From: Thermodesulfobacteriota bacterium
Lineage (GTDB): Bacteria; Desulfobacterota; Desulfobacteria; Desulfobacterales; Desulfosudaceae
Assembly (NCBI GenBank): GCA_034189195.1
Contig: JAXHVI010000227.1
Coordinates: 104-64,103 of the forward strand
Reading direction: 5' to 3'
Length of the DNA stretch: 64,000 bases
Positions 40,215 to 49,675 of this stretch are shown here, piece by piece. A program made the position numbers and the translations under genes. The notes beneath the pieces are model-generated. The model was given only the letters and a program-made list of their open reading frames with translations, was not told where the DNA came from and ran no database searches. How positions within the stretch are numbered: the first letter of the stretch is position 1; each line of letters starts with the position of its first letter.

Positions 40215-40993
40215 CGGACCACCAGCCTTCCCAGCGGCAGGGTGAGCAGTTCCACCGGCCGCCGCTTGGCGGCAATGTCGATGGCGGTATGCAGGGCCTG
40301 TTTGTATCCCGCGGCCAAGGGCTGCCAGGCGCCTGCGGCCGGATTGTAGAATCCGCCTTGCCGACCATCCAGGCTCAGGCAGAAAAGGCCGAGGCGGCCC
40401 AGGCGAAAAATGTCGGCCAGCAGGGATTGGCCGTCCAGGATGATGGTCTCCTGGTAGGTTTCAATGGTAAAGCCGTATTCGGCTTCCACCTGCAGCGCCT
40501 CCATCACCTTGCGGTACTTTTCGCTGACGGCCACGTCGGGATCGGTCATCAGGCCTTCCAGTCGCACGACCCGCTGGCGGCGTTCCGCGGTCAAAAACGG
40601 CGGATCGTCCGCGATGCGCACCTTAAGCGCTGTGACCAGCTCTTCCAGGAAGGGATTGATTCGGCCGGCGATCTGCTCGATGTCGGTCAACTGTTTTTCC
40701 TTGGCGGCCACGCGCGTCCGGGTGGCCTCGATCTGCTGCCGCAGGTGCGCCACACGATTCTGCATTTCCGCTTGCCGCTGCTGAAGCTGTTCGAACCGGG
40801 CGACCCGTTTTTCTTTTTCCTGCAGCCACTGTTCTTCCTGCTGCTGGGTTTGTTTGAGCGTGGTGATGGATTGGCGCACCGGCGCTTCGATTTGCCGCCC
40901 GGTGTCGCCGGCCGCCGGAAGCGACCCGCCCCAGAAAAGGCAGCACAGAAAGAGTGGTATCAAAGGTCGTTTGAATAAATCGTTGCCGGGCAT
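40211..40993 (-). CDS. DUF3450/TtpB-like exported coiled-coil protein
   Basis: Start moved to MPGNDLF; DPPFLTAERRQR, SEKYRKVMEALQVEAEYG, FRLGRLGL. Confidence 0.8.
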   Translation of the reverse strand: MPGNDLFKRPLIPLFLCCLFWGGSLPAAGDTGRQIEAPVRQSITTLKQTQQQEEQWLQEKEKRVARFEQLQQRQAEMQNRVAHLRQQIEATRTRVAAKEKQLTDIEQIAGRINPFLEELVTALKVRIADDPPFLTAERRQRVVRLEGLMTDPDVAVSEKYRKVMEALQVEAEYGFTIETYQETIILDGQSLLADIFRLGRLGLFCLSLDGRQGGFYNPAAGAWQPLAAGYKQALHTAIDIAAKRRPVELLTLPLGRLVVR

Positions 40994-41042
40994 CTCGTTC
41001 TCCCCTTTTATTGTTTTATCGTTTACCCGTTGGCCCGGGGCC

Positions 41043-41078
41043 AAAAAAAAACCCGGACCGATTGAAATCGATCCGGGA
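41043..41078 (-). terminator. Intrinsic terminator in the leftward riboswitch leader
   Basis: CCCGGATCGATT..AATCGGTCCGGG plus a 9-nt U tract on the minus strand. Confidence 0.75.
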
Positions 41079-41149
41079 TGTCCCTTTTTTATCCGCAGAT
41101 GAAGCAAAGAGGCACGGCGCCGTCCGCGCAGCCGTCACCCTGTGTGCCC

Positions 41150-41306
41150 AGGCAGGTCTTCTGACTCTCGGTTCACCCTACCGGCTGCGTCTTCCCATCC
41201 TCAAGAAACGGACAGTGACCTAATGCAGCTTTCGTCCCCGATTACAGCGGCGGGCCCGTCCCCGATTTGCACGGGGTTCCCTATTAAGCTCGGAACGAGC
41301 GCCTGA
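41150..41306 (-). ncRNA. Cobalamin riboswitch heading the leftward TonB/CobN operon
   Basis: CAGGCGCTC...GAGCTTAATAGGGAACCCCGTGCAAATCGGGGACGGGCCCGCCGCTGTAA...GTCACTG...GGGAAGA...AGTCAGAAGACCTGCC. Confidence 0.95.
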
Positions 41307-41486
41307 ACAAATTGTATATTGAGATTTAGAAAGAGAAAAAAGTCAAGGAAAAAACGAACTTTTTTTCTGAGTGAAACGGTTGAGCCTATCAACGGCTTTA
41401 AATCGCTGTGTTTCGGTATCGGATTATGCAAATTCCCCTATCGGTATCATAGCGGCCCTTGCCGGTTGTTGTTTTAAAGATTTTTC

Positions 41487-41515
41487 TTGACTCGGCAGGG
41501 GAAAAATTTTAACCT
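41487..41515 (+). promoter_or_regulatory. sigma70 promoter of the rightward cbi operon
   Basis: TTGACT-17 nt-TAACCT, about 15 nt before the aptamer. Confidence 0.55.
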
Positions 41516-41530
41516 CGAACCTCAGCAATC

Positions 41531-41685
41531 AGGTGCTCCACAGGAGCTTAATAGGGAACCCCGTGCAAATCGGGGACGGGCCCGCCGCTGTAATCGAGGA
41601 CGAAATTCGCAGATGCCACTGTTCCGCAAACCGGAATGGGAAGGTGCGAAGAGTAGGTTGATCCGCAAGTCAGAAGACCTGCCTG
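41531..41685 (+). ncRNA. Cobalamin riboswitch heading the rightward btu/cbi operon
   Basis: AGGTGCTCC...TTAATAGGGAACCCCGTGCAAATCGGGGACGGGCCCGCCGCTGTAA...GCCACTG...GGGAAGG...AGTCAGAAGACCTGCC. Confidence 0.95.
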
Positions 41686-41753
41686 ATTGAAAGAGCCGCG
41701 GTTTCGTGGACCGAAGCCGGGTTCGCATCGCGTCTTGTGGATAAAAAAGGGAT

Positions 41754-41791
41754 ATCCCGGACTGACCATATTCAGTCCGGGATTTTTATTT
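41754..41791 (+). terminator. Intrinsic terminator in the rightward riboswitch leader
   Basis: ATCCCGGACTGA..TCAGTCCGGGAT followed by TTTTATTT. Confidence 0.7.
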
Positions 41792-41862
41792 CGGGAGGCG
41801 GGAAAAAAAGCACCGTGACGAACCGAATCATAAGGATCATAAAGCATCAAAGGAATCGTGGG

Positions 41863-42924
41863 ATGCCCGCGCCGGCCAAAAGCCATGATTCCGTATTGCA
41901 ACGATTGCCGACCAGCGCAGTTATTTGCCTGCTGGTGCTCATGCTCGCGGCCGCCATCGTTCTGGCTGCCGGCTCGGGCTACGTGAACATTCCATTTTGG
42001 GACGTGATCCGGATTATCACCGCCAAAGCGGCCGGAAATGATGGGTTGACCGCCCATCTGGACCAACTGGCGCCGGTGGTGGTGATGGATGTACGCCTGC
42101 CGCGCATTCTGGCGGCGGCGCTGGTGGGCGGGGGGCTGGCGGTTTCGGGAGCCGTGTTTCAGGGCATCCTGCTCAATCCGCTGGCCGATCCTTATACCCT
42201 GGGCGTATCGGCAGGGGCGGCCTTCGGCGCCTCGTTGGCGCTGCTTTTGAATTTTACCTTGCTGGGCCTCTGGTCGGTGCCGGTGTTCGCCTTTGGCGGG
42301 GCGGTGTTCACCCTTATGGCGGTGATCTACCTGACGGCCGGCAGCGGCGATCTGTCTTCCGGAAGCCTGATCCTTTCCGGGATCATCGTCGCGGCCATTT
42401 TGTCGGCCGGCGTGAGCTTCATCAAGTATCTGGCCGACGATGCGGTGGGCATCATCATTTTCTGGCTCATGGGCAGCTTTGCCTCAAAAACCTGGGCCGA
42501 GGTGGCCCTTGCCGCTGTTACGTTCGTTTTCGGGCTGTCTGTTTTTTTCTATTTTGGCCGGGACCTCAATCTGCTGGCCCTTGGCCACCGCACGGCCGGA
42601 TCGCTGGGCGTGTCGCCGCGCAGGGTATCTCTGGTGTTGCTGATTACGGCCTCTCTGGTGTCGGCGGTCTGTGTGGCCATATCCGGCATCATCGGGTTCG
42701 TGGGCCTGCTGGTGCCCCACATGGTGCGCTTTGTGACCGGTCCGGACAACCGGCGCCTGATCCCGGTTTCCGCTCTGGCCGGCAGCCTGCTGCTGCTGTG
42801 CGCCGATACCGTTACCCGCGCCTGGTTGCCACAGGAAGTACCCATCGGCGTGATCACCGCACTGATCGGGGGGCCGTTTTTTTGTTACATTTACCGCAAG
42901 CGTCAGCTGCGACAGTTTTCATAG
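41863..42924 (+). CDS. btuC: BtuC/FecCD-family ABC permease
   Basis: VRLPRIL, LNPLADPYTLGVSAGA, GIIGFVGLLVPH; start uncertain. Confidence 0.85.
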   Translation: MPAPAKSHDSVLQRLPTSAVICLLVLMLAAAIVLAAGSGYVNIPFWDVIRIITAKAAGNDGLTAHLDQLAPVVVMDVRLPRILAAALVGGGLAVSGAVFQGILLNPLADPYTLGVSAGAAFGASLALLLNFTLLGLWSVPVFAFGGAVFTLMAVIYLTAGSGDLSSGSLILSGIIVAAILSAGVSFIKYLADDAVGIIIFWLMGSFASKTWAEVALAAVTFVFGLSVFFYFGRDLNLLALGHRTAGSLGVSPRRVSLVLLITASLVSAVCVAISGIIGFVGLLVPHMVRFVTGPDNRRLIPVSALAGSLLLLCADTVTRAWLPQEVPIGVITALIGGPFFCYIYRKRQLRQFS

Positions 42925-42932
42925 GCCACAGG

Positions 42933-43712
42933 ATGTACGATCTGGAAGATATCGAATTCGCGTATGGCCCCAAGGCTGTTTTCCAAAATCTGAGCCTCAG
43001 GTTCGAAGCGGGCCATTTTTACGGCATCATCGGTCCCAACGGATGCGGCAAAAGCACCCTGATCGACCTTCTGGCCGGCCACCTACAGCCGGAACGCGGC
43101 TGTGTGCGGCTCAACGGCCGGCCGCTCCAACGCCTCGACCGCAAGACCCTGGCCCGCAGCATCGCCCTGGTTCCCCAGGATTTTCGCATCAATTTCCCCT
43201 ATACCTGCCAGGAGATCGTGATGATGGGACGCTATCCCTATATCCCCCGGTTCACCCGGCCGGGCAGGACCGACCGCGCCATCGTGGACGATGTCCTGAA
43301 AAAGGCCGATCTTGACGATTTCCAGTCCCGTTATGTCGATCGGCTCAGCGGCGGCGAACGCCAGCGGGTGGTCTTCGCCCGCGGGTTGGCCCAGCAGACG
43401 CCTGTTCTGTTGCTGGATGAAGCCACGGCCAGCCTGGACATGCATCATACCATGGCCATGCTGAACCTGGCCGCCGCCACGGTTTCACCGGCTTCGCTGG
43501 TCATTGCCGTGATGCAGGACATCAATCTGGCAGCCATGTACTGCGACCGTCTGGTCTGCATGAACGCCGGTGCTGTGTTTGCCAGCGGCCCCTTGGAACA
43601 AGTGCTCAGCGCCGAGATGCTCCAGGCGGTCTTTCAGGTCGATGCCCGCGTGGCCCGCAACGACTATTGTGATGCGCTTCAGGTGGCGTTCAGAAAGGAG
43701 GTACGGCCATGA
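42933..43712 (+). CDS. btuD: BtuD-like ABC ATP-binding protein
   Basis: Start moved to MYDLEDI; GPNGCGKST, LSGGERQR, LLDEAT. Confidence 0.85.
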   Translation: MYDLEDIEFAYGPKAVFQNLSLRFEAGHFYGIIGPNGCGKSTLIDLLAGHLQPERGCVRLNGRPLQRLDRKTLARSIALVPQDFRINFPYTCQEIVMMGRYPYIPRFTRPGRTDRAIVDDVLKKADLDDFQSRYVDRLSGGERQRVVFARGLAQQTPVLLLDEATASLDMHHTMAMLNLAAATVSPASLVIAVMQDINLAAMYCDRLVCMNAGAVFASGPLEQVLSAEMLQAVFQVDARVARNDYCDALQVAFRKEVRP

Positions 43713-44722
43713 TACATCGCTGGATGAGCTTGATCCTGGCCGCAATCGGCTTAATAACCGTGTGGTGCACAGTTGCATTGGGCGCAGCGGAAATGGCCCT
43801 CGACGGTGAGGCCGCCATCGACGCGGGCGGCCGCAGGCTGGTTATGGACACACCCTATCGGCGCATCATTTCGCTTTATGGGGCCCATTCGGAAAACCTT
43901 TGCGCACTGGGCGCGGCGGATCAGGTGATCGGTATTGCGGCCAGCGAGGCGGCACCGCCGGAGCTGCAGGGCAAACCTCGTTATTCCGCGCGGGACGACC
44001 TGGAAAAGTTCCTGGCGGCCAGCCCCGACCTGGTGCTCATCCGGCCCATGATCGACCGCGGTTACAGCCAACTGGTCAATCAGCTGGAAAAGCACGGGGT
44101 GACGGTGGCCTCCCTGCAACCGGCTACGATCGATCAGATGTTCGTTTATTGGAGAATTCTGGGGTTGCTGAGCGGGCACCGCGGGCAAGCCGAAGAGATG
44201 ATCGAGCGGTTCAGCCGCACGGTCGAAACCATCCGCATGCGGACCGCCGTCATCGCCAACAAAAAGCGGGTTTATTTCGAAGCCATTCACGAACACATGC
44301 GCACCTTTTCACCTTCCGCCATGCCCATTTTCGCCCTGGAAACCGCCGGCGGCATCAATGTGGCCAAAGATGCCGCGCCGCGCAGGGGCACCAATATCGC
44401 CGATTTCGGCAAGGAGCGGATTCTCTCCCGTGCCGATGAGATCGACGTCTATCTGGCGCAAGTCGGGCCCATGAACCGGCCTTCCATCGCGCAGATCAAG
44501 TCGGAACCGGGCTTCGGTTTGATCCGCGCGGTGCGCGAGGACAGGGTTTACCTGATCGATGAAGAACTGGTTTCAAGACCCTCCCTTCGGCTGATCGAAG
44601 GGATCTGCCAAATCGGCCGAACGCTGTACCCGGAGATTTTTTTACCCGAAGCCGAATGGTTGGGCTGCGCCGTCGACAAGACCGAGGCGGGCCCGACGAT
44701 CCATAAGGAGATCCACAGATGA
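43709..44722 (+). CDS. btuF: BtuF-like periplasmic binding protein
   Basis: Signal peptide; RIISLYGAHSENL, PDLVL, AGGINVA, VSRPSLR. Confidence 0.82.
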   Translation: MIHRWMSLILAAIGLITVWCTVALGAAEMALDGEAAIDAGGRRLVMDTPYRRIISLYGAHSENLCALGAADQVIGIAASEAAPPELQGKPRYSARDDLEKFLAASPDLVLIRPMIDRGYSQLVNQLEKHGVTVASLQPATIDQMFVYWRILGLLSGHRGQAEEMIERFSRTVETIRMRTAVIANKKRVYFEAIHEHMRTFSPSAMPIFALETAGGINVAKDAAPRRGTNIADFGKERILSRADEIDVYLAQVGPMNRPSIAQIKSEPGFGLIRAVREDRVYLIDEELVSRPSLRLIEGICQIGRTLYPEIFLPEAEWLGCAVDKTEAGPTIHKEIHR

Positions 44723-45447
44723 CCCCAGGCACACTCTTCGGTATCGGTGTCGGCCCCGGAGATCCGGACCTGATCCCCCTCAAGGCGGTCCGCATCCTGT
44801 TAAACGTCGATCTGGTATTCACCGCGGCATCCACGAAAAACGACTACTCCCTGGCCGTCGACATCGCCAGGCCGCACCTTCCGGAAAATTGCGTCATCGA
44901 AAAGCTGGGTTTTCCCATGAGCAAGGTCCGGGCAATGATGGAAACCGCCTGGCGGCAACATGCCCGCCGCATTGCCGAAGTGTTGGAGACCGGGCGCAGC
45001 GCCGCTTTTTTGACGTTGGGAGATCCGCTGACCTATAGCACCTATAGTTACATCTTGCGCCATCTCAAGGCCGATTGGCCCCATTTGGCCATTCAAACCG
45101 TGCCGGGCATCACTTCCTACCAGGCGGCCGCCGCGGCCGTGAACCGGCCGCTGGTGGAAGGCGAAGAGTCCTTGCTGATCATGTCGGGGGTCCACGGCGG
45201 CGAGCGTTTTCAGTGCCTGACGGAAAAACCGGACAACGTGGTGTTTCTCAAAGCCTATAGGAATGTGGACGGCATCCGCAAGGCCCTGGAAGCGGCGGAT
45301 ATGCTCGCCGACAGCGTGGCCGTTTCCCATTGCTCCCGGGAAAACGAAAAAATATACACTGACCTGCGCAGCCTGACACGACAGCGACCGAACTACTGGA
45401 CCCTGATCATGGCCCAGAAAAAGGGCGACGGGGTTGCCAATGAATAA
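44719..45447 (+). CDS. cbiL: Cobalt-precorrin-2 C20-methyltransferase
   Basis: GIGVGPGDPDLI, FPM, FLTLGDPLTYST, VPGITS. Confidence 0.92.
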   Translation: MTPGTLFGIGVGPGDPDLIPLKAVRILLNVDLVFTAASTKNDYSLAVDIARPHLPENCVIEKLGFPMSKVRAMMETAWRQHARRIAEVLETGRSAAFLTLGDPLTYSTYSYILRHLKADWPHLAIQTVPGITSYQAAAAAVNRPLVEGEESLLIMSGVHGGERFQCLTEKPDNVVFLKAYRNVDGIRKALEAADMLADSVAVSHCSRENEKIYTDLRSLTRQRPNYWTLIMAQKKGDGVANE

Positions 45448-46477
45448 AAAACGGTCCACGCGCCCCCTGTGGGTCGCTTTGGCACTCTCTGCGGCAATGC
45501 TCGCCATCGGCGCCGCCTGCCTGGACAACGTCACCGCAGCGGCGATTTTGCACCGGCTGCTGCTGCCCCTGGGGCGCCTGCTGGTGGTTATCACCGTCGG
45601 CCTGGCCGTGGGGCAGGTCATCGAAGCTACCGGCTGGACCGACAAGCTCGGCCTGCTGGGGGCCCCCCTGTTCCGTTTCGCGCGGCTGGGGCCGCACGGC
45701 AGCGCCGCCTTCAGCGCGGCCTTCGTGTCGGGAGCCGCGGCCAATGCCATGCTCTACGAATTCTGGAAAGAGGAAAAGATCAGCCGCTATCAATTGATGA
45801 TGACCAGCCTGGCCAACCAGCTACCGGCTTACTTCCTTCACCTGCCCACCACGGTGTTCATCGTTCTGCCGTTGACGGGCATAGCAGGCGCCCTTTACTT
45901 TCTACTGACTTTTATAGCGGCGGTACTGCGTTTGCTGGTGGTCCTTTTGTGGGGGCATTGGCGGCCCGCGGTTTCCGGACAGGTGGATGGCAGCATCGAA
46001 CGGCCACCTGCGCAGGCAAACCGTTGGGCCGTGGTGGCCGTCATCCGGCAAAGACTGCCCGGCCGGCTGACGTCGGTGGCCACGTATGTGGTACCCATCT
46101 ATATCGCCGTTTTTCTGCTAAGCAGCGCCGGGGTGTTCGAATGGACCCAACAGAAGCTGACACACTGGACCGCCGTGCGCTTTGTCCCCGTTGAGGCGCT
46201 CTCTTTGGTGGTCTTGAGTTTCGCGGCCGAGTTCACTTCGGGTTTCGCCGCCGCCGGCGCGCTGTTGCGGGAAGGAGTGGTAACGACGCAGCAGGCGGTG
46301 CTGGCCCTGCTGATCGGAAACATTGTGGCCTTCCCCATCCGCGCGCTGCGCCATCAGATCCCCCGTCTGATGGGCATCTTCACGCCCAAGATGGGCTTGC
46401 AATTGCTGCTGTTGGGGCAAGGCAGCCGGGTGGCCAGCCTGATTGTGGTCGGAGCGGCCTATTACCTGATGTTTTAA
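45440..46477 (+). CDS. Nucleoside-recognition (Gate) domain-like membrane protein
   Basis: Hydrophobic two-repeat architecture; PLFRFARL, AFVSGAAANAML; translationally coupled to cbiL. Confidence 0.6.
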   Translation: MNKKRSTRPLWVALALSAAMLAIGAACLDNVTAAAILHRLLLPLGRLLVVITVGLAVGQVIEATGWTDKLGLLGAPLFRFARLGPHGSAAFSAAFVSGAAANAMLYEFWKEEKISRYQLMMTSLANQLPAYFLHLPTTVFIVLPLTGIAGALYFLLTFIAAVLRLLVVLLWGHWRPAVSGQVDGSIERPPAQANRWAVVAVIRQRLPGRLTSVATYVVPIYIAVFLLSSAGVFEWTQQKLTHWTAVRFVPVEALSLVVLSFAAEFTSGFAAAGALLREGVVTTQQAVLALLIGNIVAFPIRALRHQIPRLMGIFTPKMGLQLLLLGQGSRVASLIVVGAAYYLMF

Positions 46478-46497
46478 TTCGGCCGCATTCTGCGGCC

Positions 46498-47931
46498 ATG
46501 AGAAAGGAGCCTATCATCGCCAAAGGCCTCATCATAGCCGGCACCCATAGCGGTGTAGGGAAAACCACCATCACCCTGGGCCTGATGTCGGCCCTGCGGC
46601 GCCGGGGGGTGACCGTGGCACCCTTTAAAATCGGACCGGATTTCATCGATCCGGGGCACCATGCCCGGGTGGCGGGCCGCGCCAGCCGCAACCTGGACGG
46701 CTGGATGCTTGACCGCGCTTACAACCAGGAGATGTTCAGGCGCCATAGCCGTGGCTGCGATGTGGCTGTGGTCGAAGGGGTCATGGGCCTGTTCGACGCT
46801 TTCAGCGGCGACGATGAGGCCGGCTCCACGGCCCAGATGGCCAAATGGCTGAACCTGCCGGTGCTGCTGGTGGTCAACGCGGCCAGCATGGCGCGTAGCG
46901 CGGCGGCGCTGGTGCAGGGGTTTGAAAATTTCGACGAGCAGGTTCCTTTCGCCGGAGTGGTCTTCAACAACCTGGGCAGTCAGGGACATCTGGAATATTT
47001 GAAAGCGGCGATATCCGCCTATGTCCGAACGCCGCTGCTGGGCGGATTGCTGCGCGACGAGGATCTGCGCATGCCCGAGCGGCACCTGGGCCTGACCACT
47101 GCGGAAGACAATCCGTTAACGGACGATCAGGTGGGCCGGCTGGCCGACCGCATCGAAGCCGGGATGGATCTGGACAGCTTGCTCCAGAGGCTACCGGAAA
47201 TGGCAGGGCATTCAAAGGTTGAGCCCATGGATGCCGCTGCCCATGAGAAGCCGTCTGCTGTACGAATCGGGGTTGCCAGGGATCGCGCCTTTTGCTTCTA
47301 CTACCCGGACAACCTCGATCTGTTGGCGGCCGCCGGCGTCCAGACGGTTGCTTTTTCCCCCTTGACGGATGACCGGTTGCCCGAGGACCTGGACGGGCTC
47401 TATTTCGGTGGAGGATACCCCGAACTGCACGCCCACCGGCTGGCGGAAAACCAGGGCATGCGCGCCGCGATCCGTCGCTGTAGTCTGGCGGGGATGCCCA
47501 TTTACGGGGAGTGCGGCGGCTTCATGTACCTGGGCCGCGAGCTGGAAGACCAGGCGGGTGCCGTTCACGCCATGTGCGGCTGTTTTCCCTTCCGGTCGCG
47601 CATGCACCCCCGTCTCAGGACCCTGGGCTACCGGGAGATTCGGCTGCAAGTGGACACCCTACTGGGCCGCAAGGGCGATTGCCTGCGCGGACATGAGTTC
47701 CATTATTCCGACCTGATGGAGGGGGACGGCGCTGCGCCGCCGGTGGATACGGTGTACACCATGCTGCCGCGTAAAGGGGGTCCCGGGCGTCCGGAAGGGT
47801 ATCTGTGCAACCGCACCCTGGGCAGCTACATCCACCTGCACTTCGGCAGCCGGCCCGAATGCGCCGGGGCTTTTGCCGATGCGTGCCGCCATTACCAACA
47901 AACAAGGAGTTCCCGACATGAAACCGGATGA
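46498..47931 (+). CDS. cbiA: Cobyrinate a,c-diamide synthase
   Basis: SGVGKTT, FKIGPDFIDP, EGVMGLFD, ERHLGL, AFCFYY, GGGYPE, YGECGG, GHEFHYS. Confidence 0.95.
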   Translation: MRKEPIIAKGLIIAGTHSGVGKTTITLGLMSALRRRGVTVAPFKIGPDFIDPGHHARVAGRASRNLDGWMLDRAYNQEMFRRHSRGCDVAVVEGVMGLFDAFSGDDEAGSTAQMAKWLNLPVLLVVNAASMARSAAALVQGFENFDEQVPFAGVVFNNLGSQGHLEYLKAAISAYVRTPLLGGLLRDEDLRMPERHLGLTTAEDNPLTDDQVGRLADRIEAGMDLDSLLQRLPEMAGHSKVEPMDAAAHEKPSAVRIGVARDRAFCFYYPDNLDLLAAAGVQTVAFSPLTDDRLPEDLDGLYFGGGYPELHAHRLAENQGMRAAIRRCSLAGMPIYGECGGFMYLGRELEDQAGAVHAMCGCFPFRSRMHPRLRTLGYREIRLQVDTLLGRKGDCLRGHEFHYSDLMEGDGAAPPVDTVYTMLPRKGGPGRPEGYLCNRTLGSYIHLHFGSRPECAGAFADACRHYQQTRSSRHETG

Positions 47932-48535
47932 GATCGAACGCCAGAGTTTCGCCATCATCGACGCCGAGGCCGGTGACCACGGTTTTGCACCGGAGCAGTG
48001 GGCCATCGTACGGCGCATGATCCATACATCGGCCGACTTCGACTATATGCAAAGCGTGCGCATCCATCCGAAGGCGGTGGCGGCCGGGGTCAGGGTGATC
48101 CGCGCCGGCGGCGTCATCTATACCGATAGCAACATGGCGCGCACCGGTATCCGCCAAAGGGATTTGGCCCGCTATCACGTCGAGGTGAAATGCCTGATGG
48201 CCGATGACGAGATCGCCCGGCTGGCCGTCGATCATGGCATCACCCGGGCCCGGGCGGCGGTGGACGCCGTGGCCGCAAAGCTGCAACAGGCGATCTACGT
48301 GGTGGGCAATGCCCCCACCGCCCTGCTTCGCCTCATCGAACATATTCGGACCGGCCAGGCCGCACCGGCTCTGATCGTGGGCCTGCCGGTGGGCTTCGTC
48401 AATGCGGCCGAGTCCAAGGCGGAACTGCTCCGGCTGGACACGCCGTACATCACCAACGTGGGGCGCAAGGGCGGCTCCAACGTGGCGGCCAGCGTGGTCA
48501 ATGCGTTGATTCTGCTGGCCGGTGACCACCAGTGA
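47918..48535 (+). CDS. cbiC: Cobalt-precorrin-8 methylmutase
   Basis: IERQSFAII, RMIHTSAD, GNAPTAL, PVGFVNAAESK, GRKGGS. Confidence 0.95.
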   Translation: MKPDEIERQSFAIIDAEAGDHGFAPEQWAIVRRMIHTSADFDYMQSVRIHPKAVAAGVRVIRAGGVIYTDSNMARTGIRQRDLARYHVEVKCLMADDEIARLAVDHGITRARAAVDAVAAKLQQAIYVVGNAPTALLRLIEHIRTGQAAPALIVGLPVGFVNAAESKAELLRLDTPYITNVGRKGGSNVAASVVNALILLAGDHQ

Positions 48536-49653
48536 CCGGCCGCGGTCAAGACAAGGTGGCGAGAATGGGCGAACGGCTGCGCTGTGGATTTACAACGGGT
48601 GCAGCCGCGGCCGCGGCTGCACAAGCGGCCCTGGAATATCTTCTGGCTAAACGATGGCCCCGGCGGGTGAAGGTAACGCTGCTCACCGGAGAATCGCTGG
48701 AAATAGGAGTACACTCCTGCCGCTGGATCGCCCCACACACAGCCGCCTGTTCGGTCATCAAGGATGCCGGTGACGACCCGGATGTCACCCACGGAGCCGA
48801 AATCGGCGCCCGCGTCACCTGGCAGGCAGGCAGCGGCAGCGGGTTGGAAATACGCGGCGGACACGGTGTTGGGGTGGTGACCAAACCCGGACTGGAAATC
48901 GCCGTGGGCCGGCCGGCCATCAATCCCGGCCCGCAAAAGATGATCCGTGAGGCAGCGTCCCAGGTGCTGGCTAAGTACGGCCTGTCGGGCCGGGTGGAGG
49001 TCGAGGTGTTCGTGCCCGAAGGTGAAGCCCTGGCCCGCAAGACCCTTAATGCCCGGCTGGGTATTGTGGGCGGCATTTCGATTCTGGGCACCACCGGCAT
49101 TGTGCGCCCCATGTCCCACGAAGCTTACACGGCCACCATCCGGGCCGGCCTGTCGGTGGCCCGGGCCGCCGGTTTGAAGCGGGCCGTGCTTACCACCGGC
49201 CGCCGCAGCGAGCGTTACGCCCAGCTGCGCTGGCCCCGGCTGCCCGAGGAGGCCTTCGTCCAGATCGGCGACTATTTTGCCGCCGCCATGGAGATGGCCG
49301 CGGACCAGGCTTTCGAAAGCGTCATGCTGGCGGTTTTTTTCGGTAAGGCGGTCAAAATGGCCCAGTGCATCCCCCACACCCATGCCCGGTCGGCCGCGCT
49401 GACCATGGACCATCTGGCCCGGTGGACGCAGGCTTCAGGCGGGGATGCGGATCTGGCCCGCAAGGTGGCCGGCGCCAACACGGCCCGGCAGGTGTTCGAC
49501 CTGATTACGACCGATTGCCCCGCGCTGATCGAAAAAGTCGGACTGGAGGTCATCGCGTCGGCCAAAGAATTTGGTGATCACAAGGTGGCCGTGGATGCGG
49601 TCATCTTCGGTTTTGACGGGAAGGTGTGGTTCGATTCGGAAAAGCGCCGGTGA
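48532..49653 (+). CDS. cbiD: Cobalt-precorrin-5B C1-methyltransferase
   Basis: LRCGFTTGAAAAAA, KDAGDDPDVTHG, GVGVVTKPGL, NARLGIVGGISILGTTG. Confidence 0.95.
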   Translation: MTGRGQDKVARMGERLRCGFTTGAAAAAAAQAALEYLLAKRWPRRVKVTLLTGESLEIGVHSCRWIAPHTAACSVIKDAGDDPDVTHGAEIGARVTWQAGSGSGLEIRGGHGVGVVTKPGLEIAVGRPAINPGPQKMIREAASQVLAKYGLSGRVEVEVFVPEGEALARKTLNARLGIVGGISILGTTGIVRPMSHEAYTATIRAGLSVARAAGLKRAVLTTGRRSERYAQLRWPRLPEEAFVQIGDYFAAAMEMAADQAFESVMLAVFFGKAVKMAQCIPHTHARSAALTMDHLARWTQASGGDADLARKVAGANTARQVFDLITTDCPALIEKVGLEVIASAKEFGDHKVAVDAVIFGFDGKVWFDSEKRR

Positions 49654-49675
49654 TCGGCGACCGATGAAAGGATCC

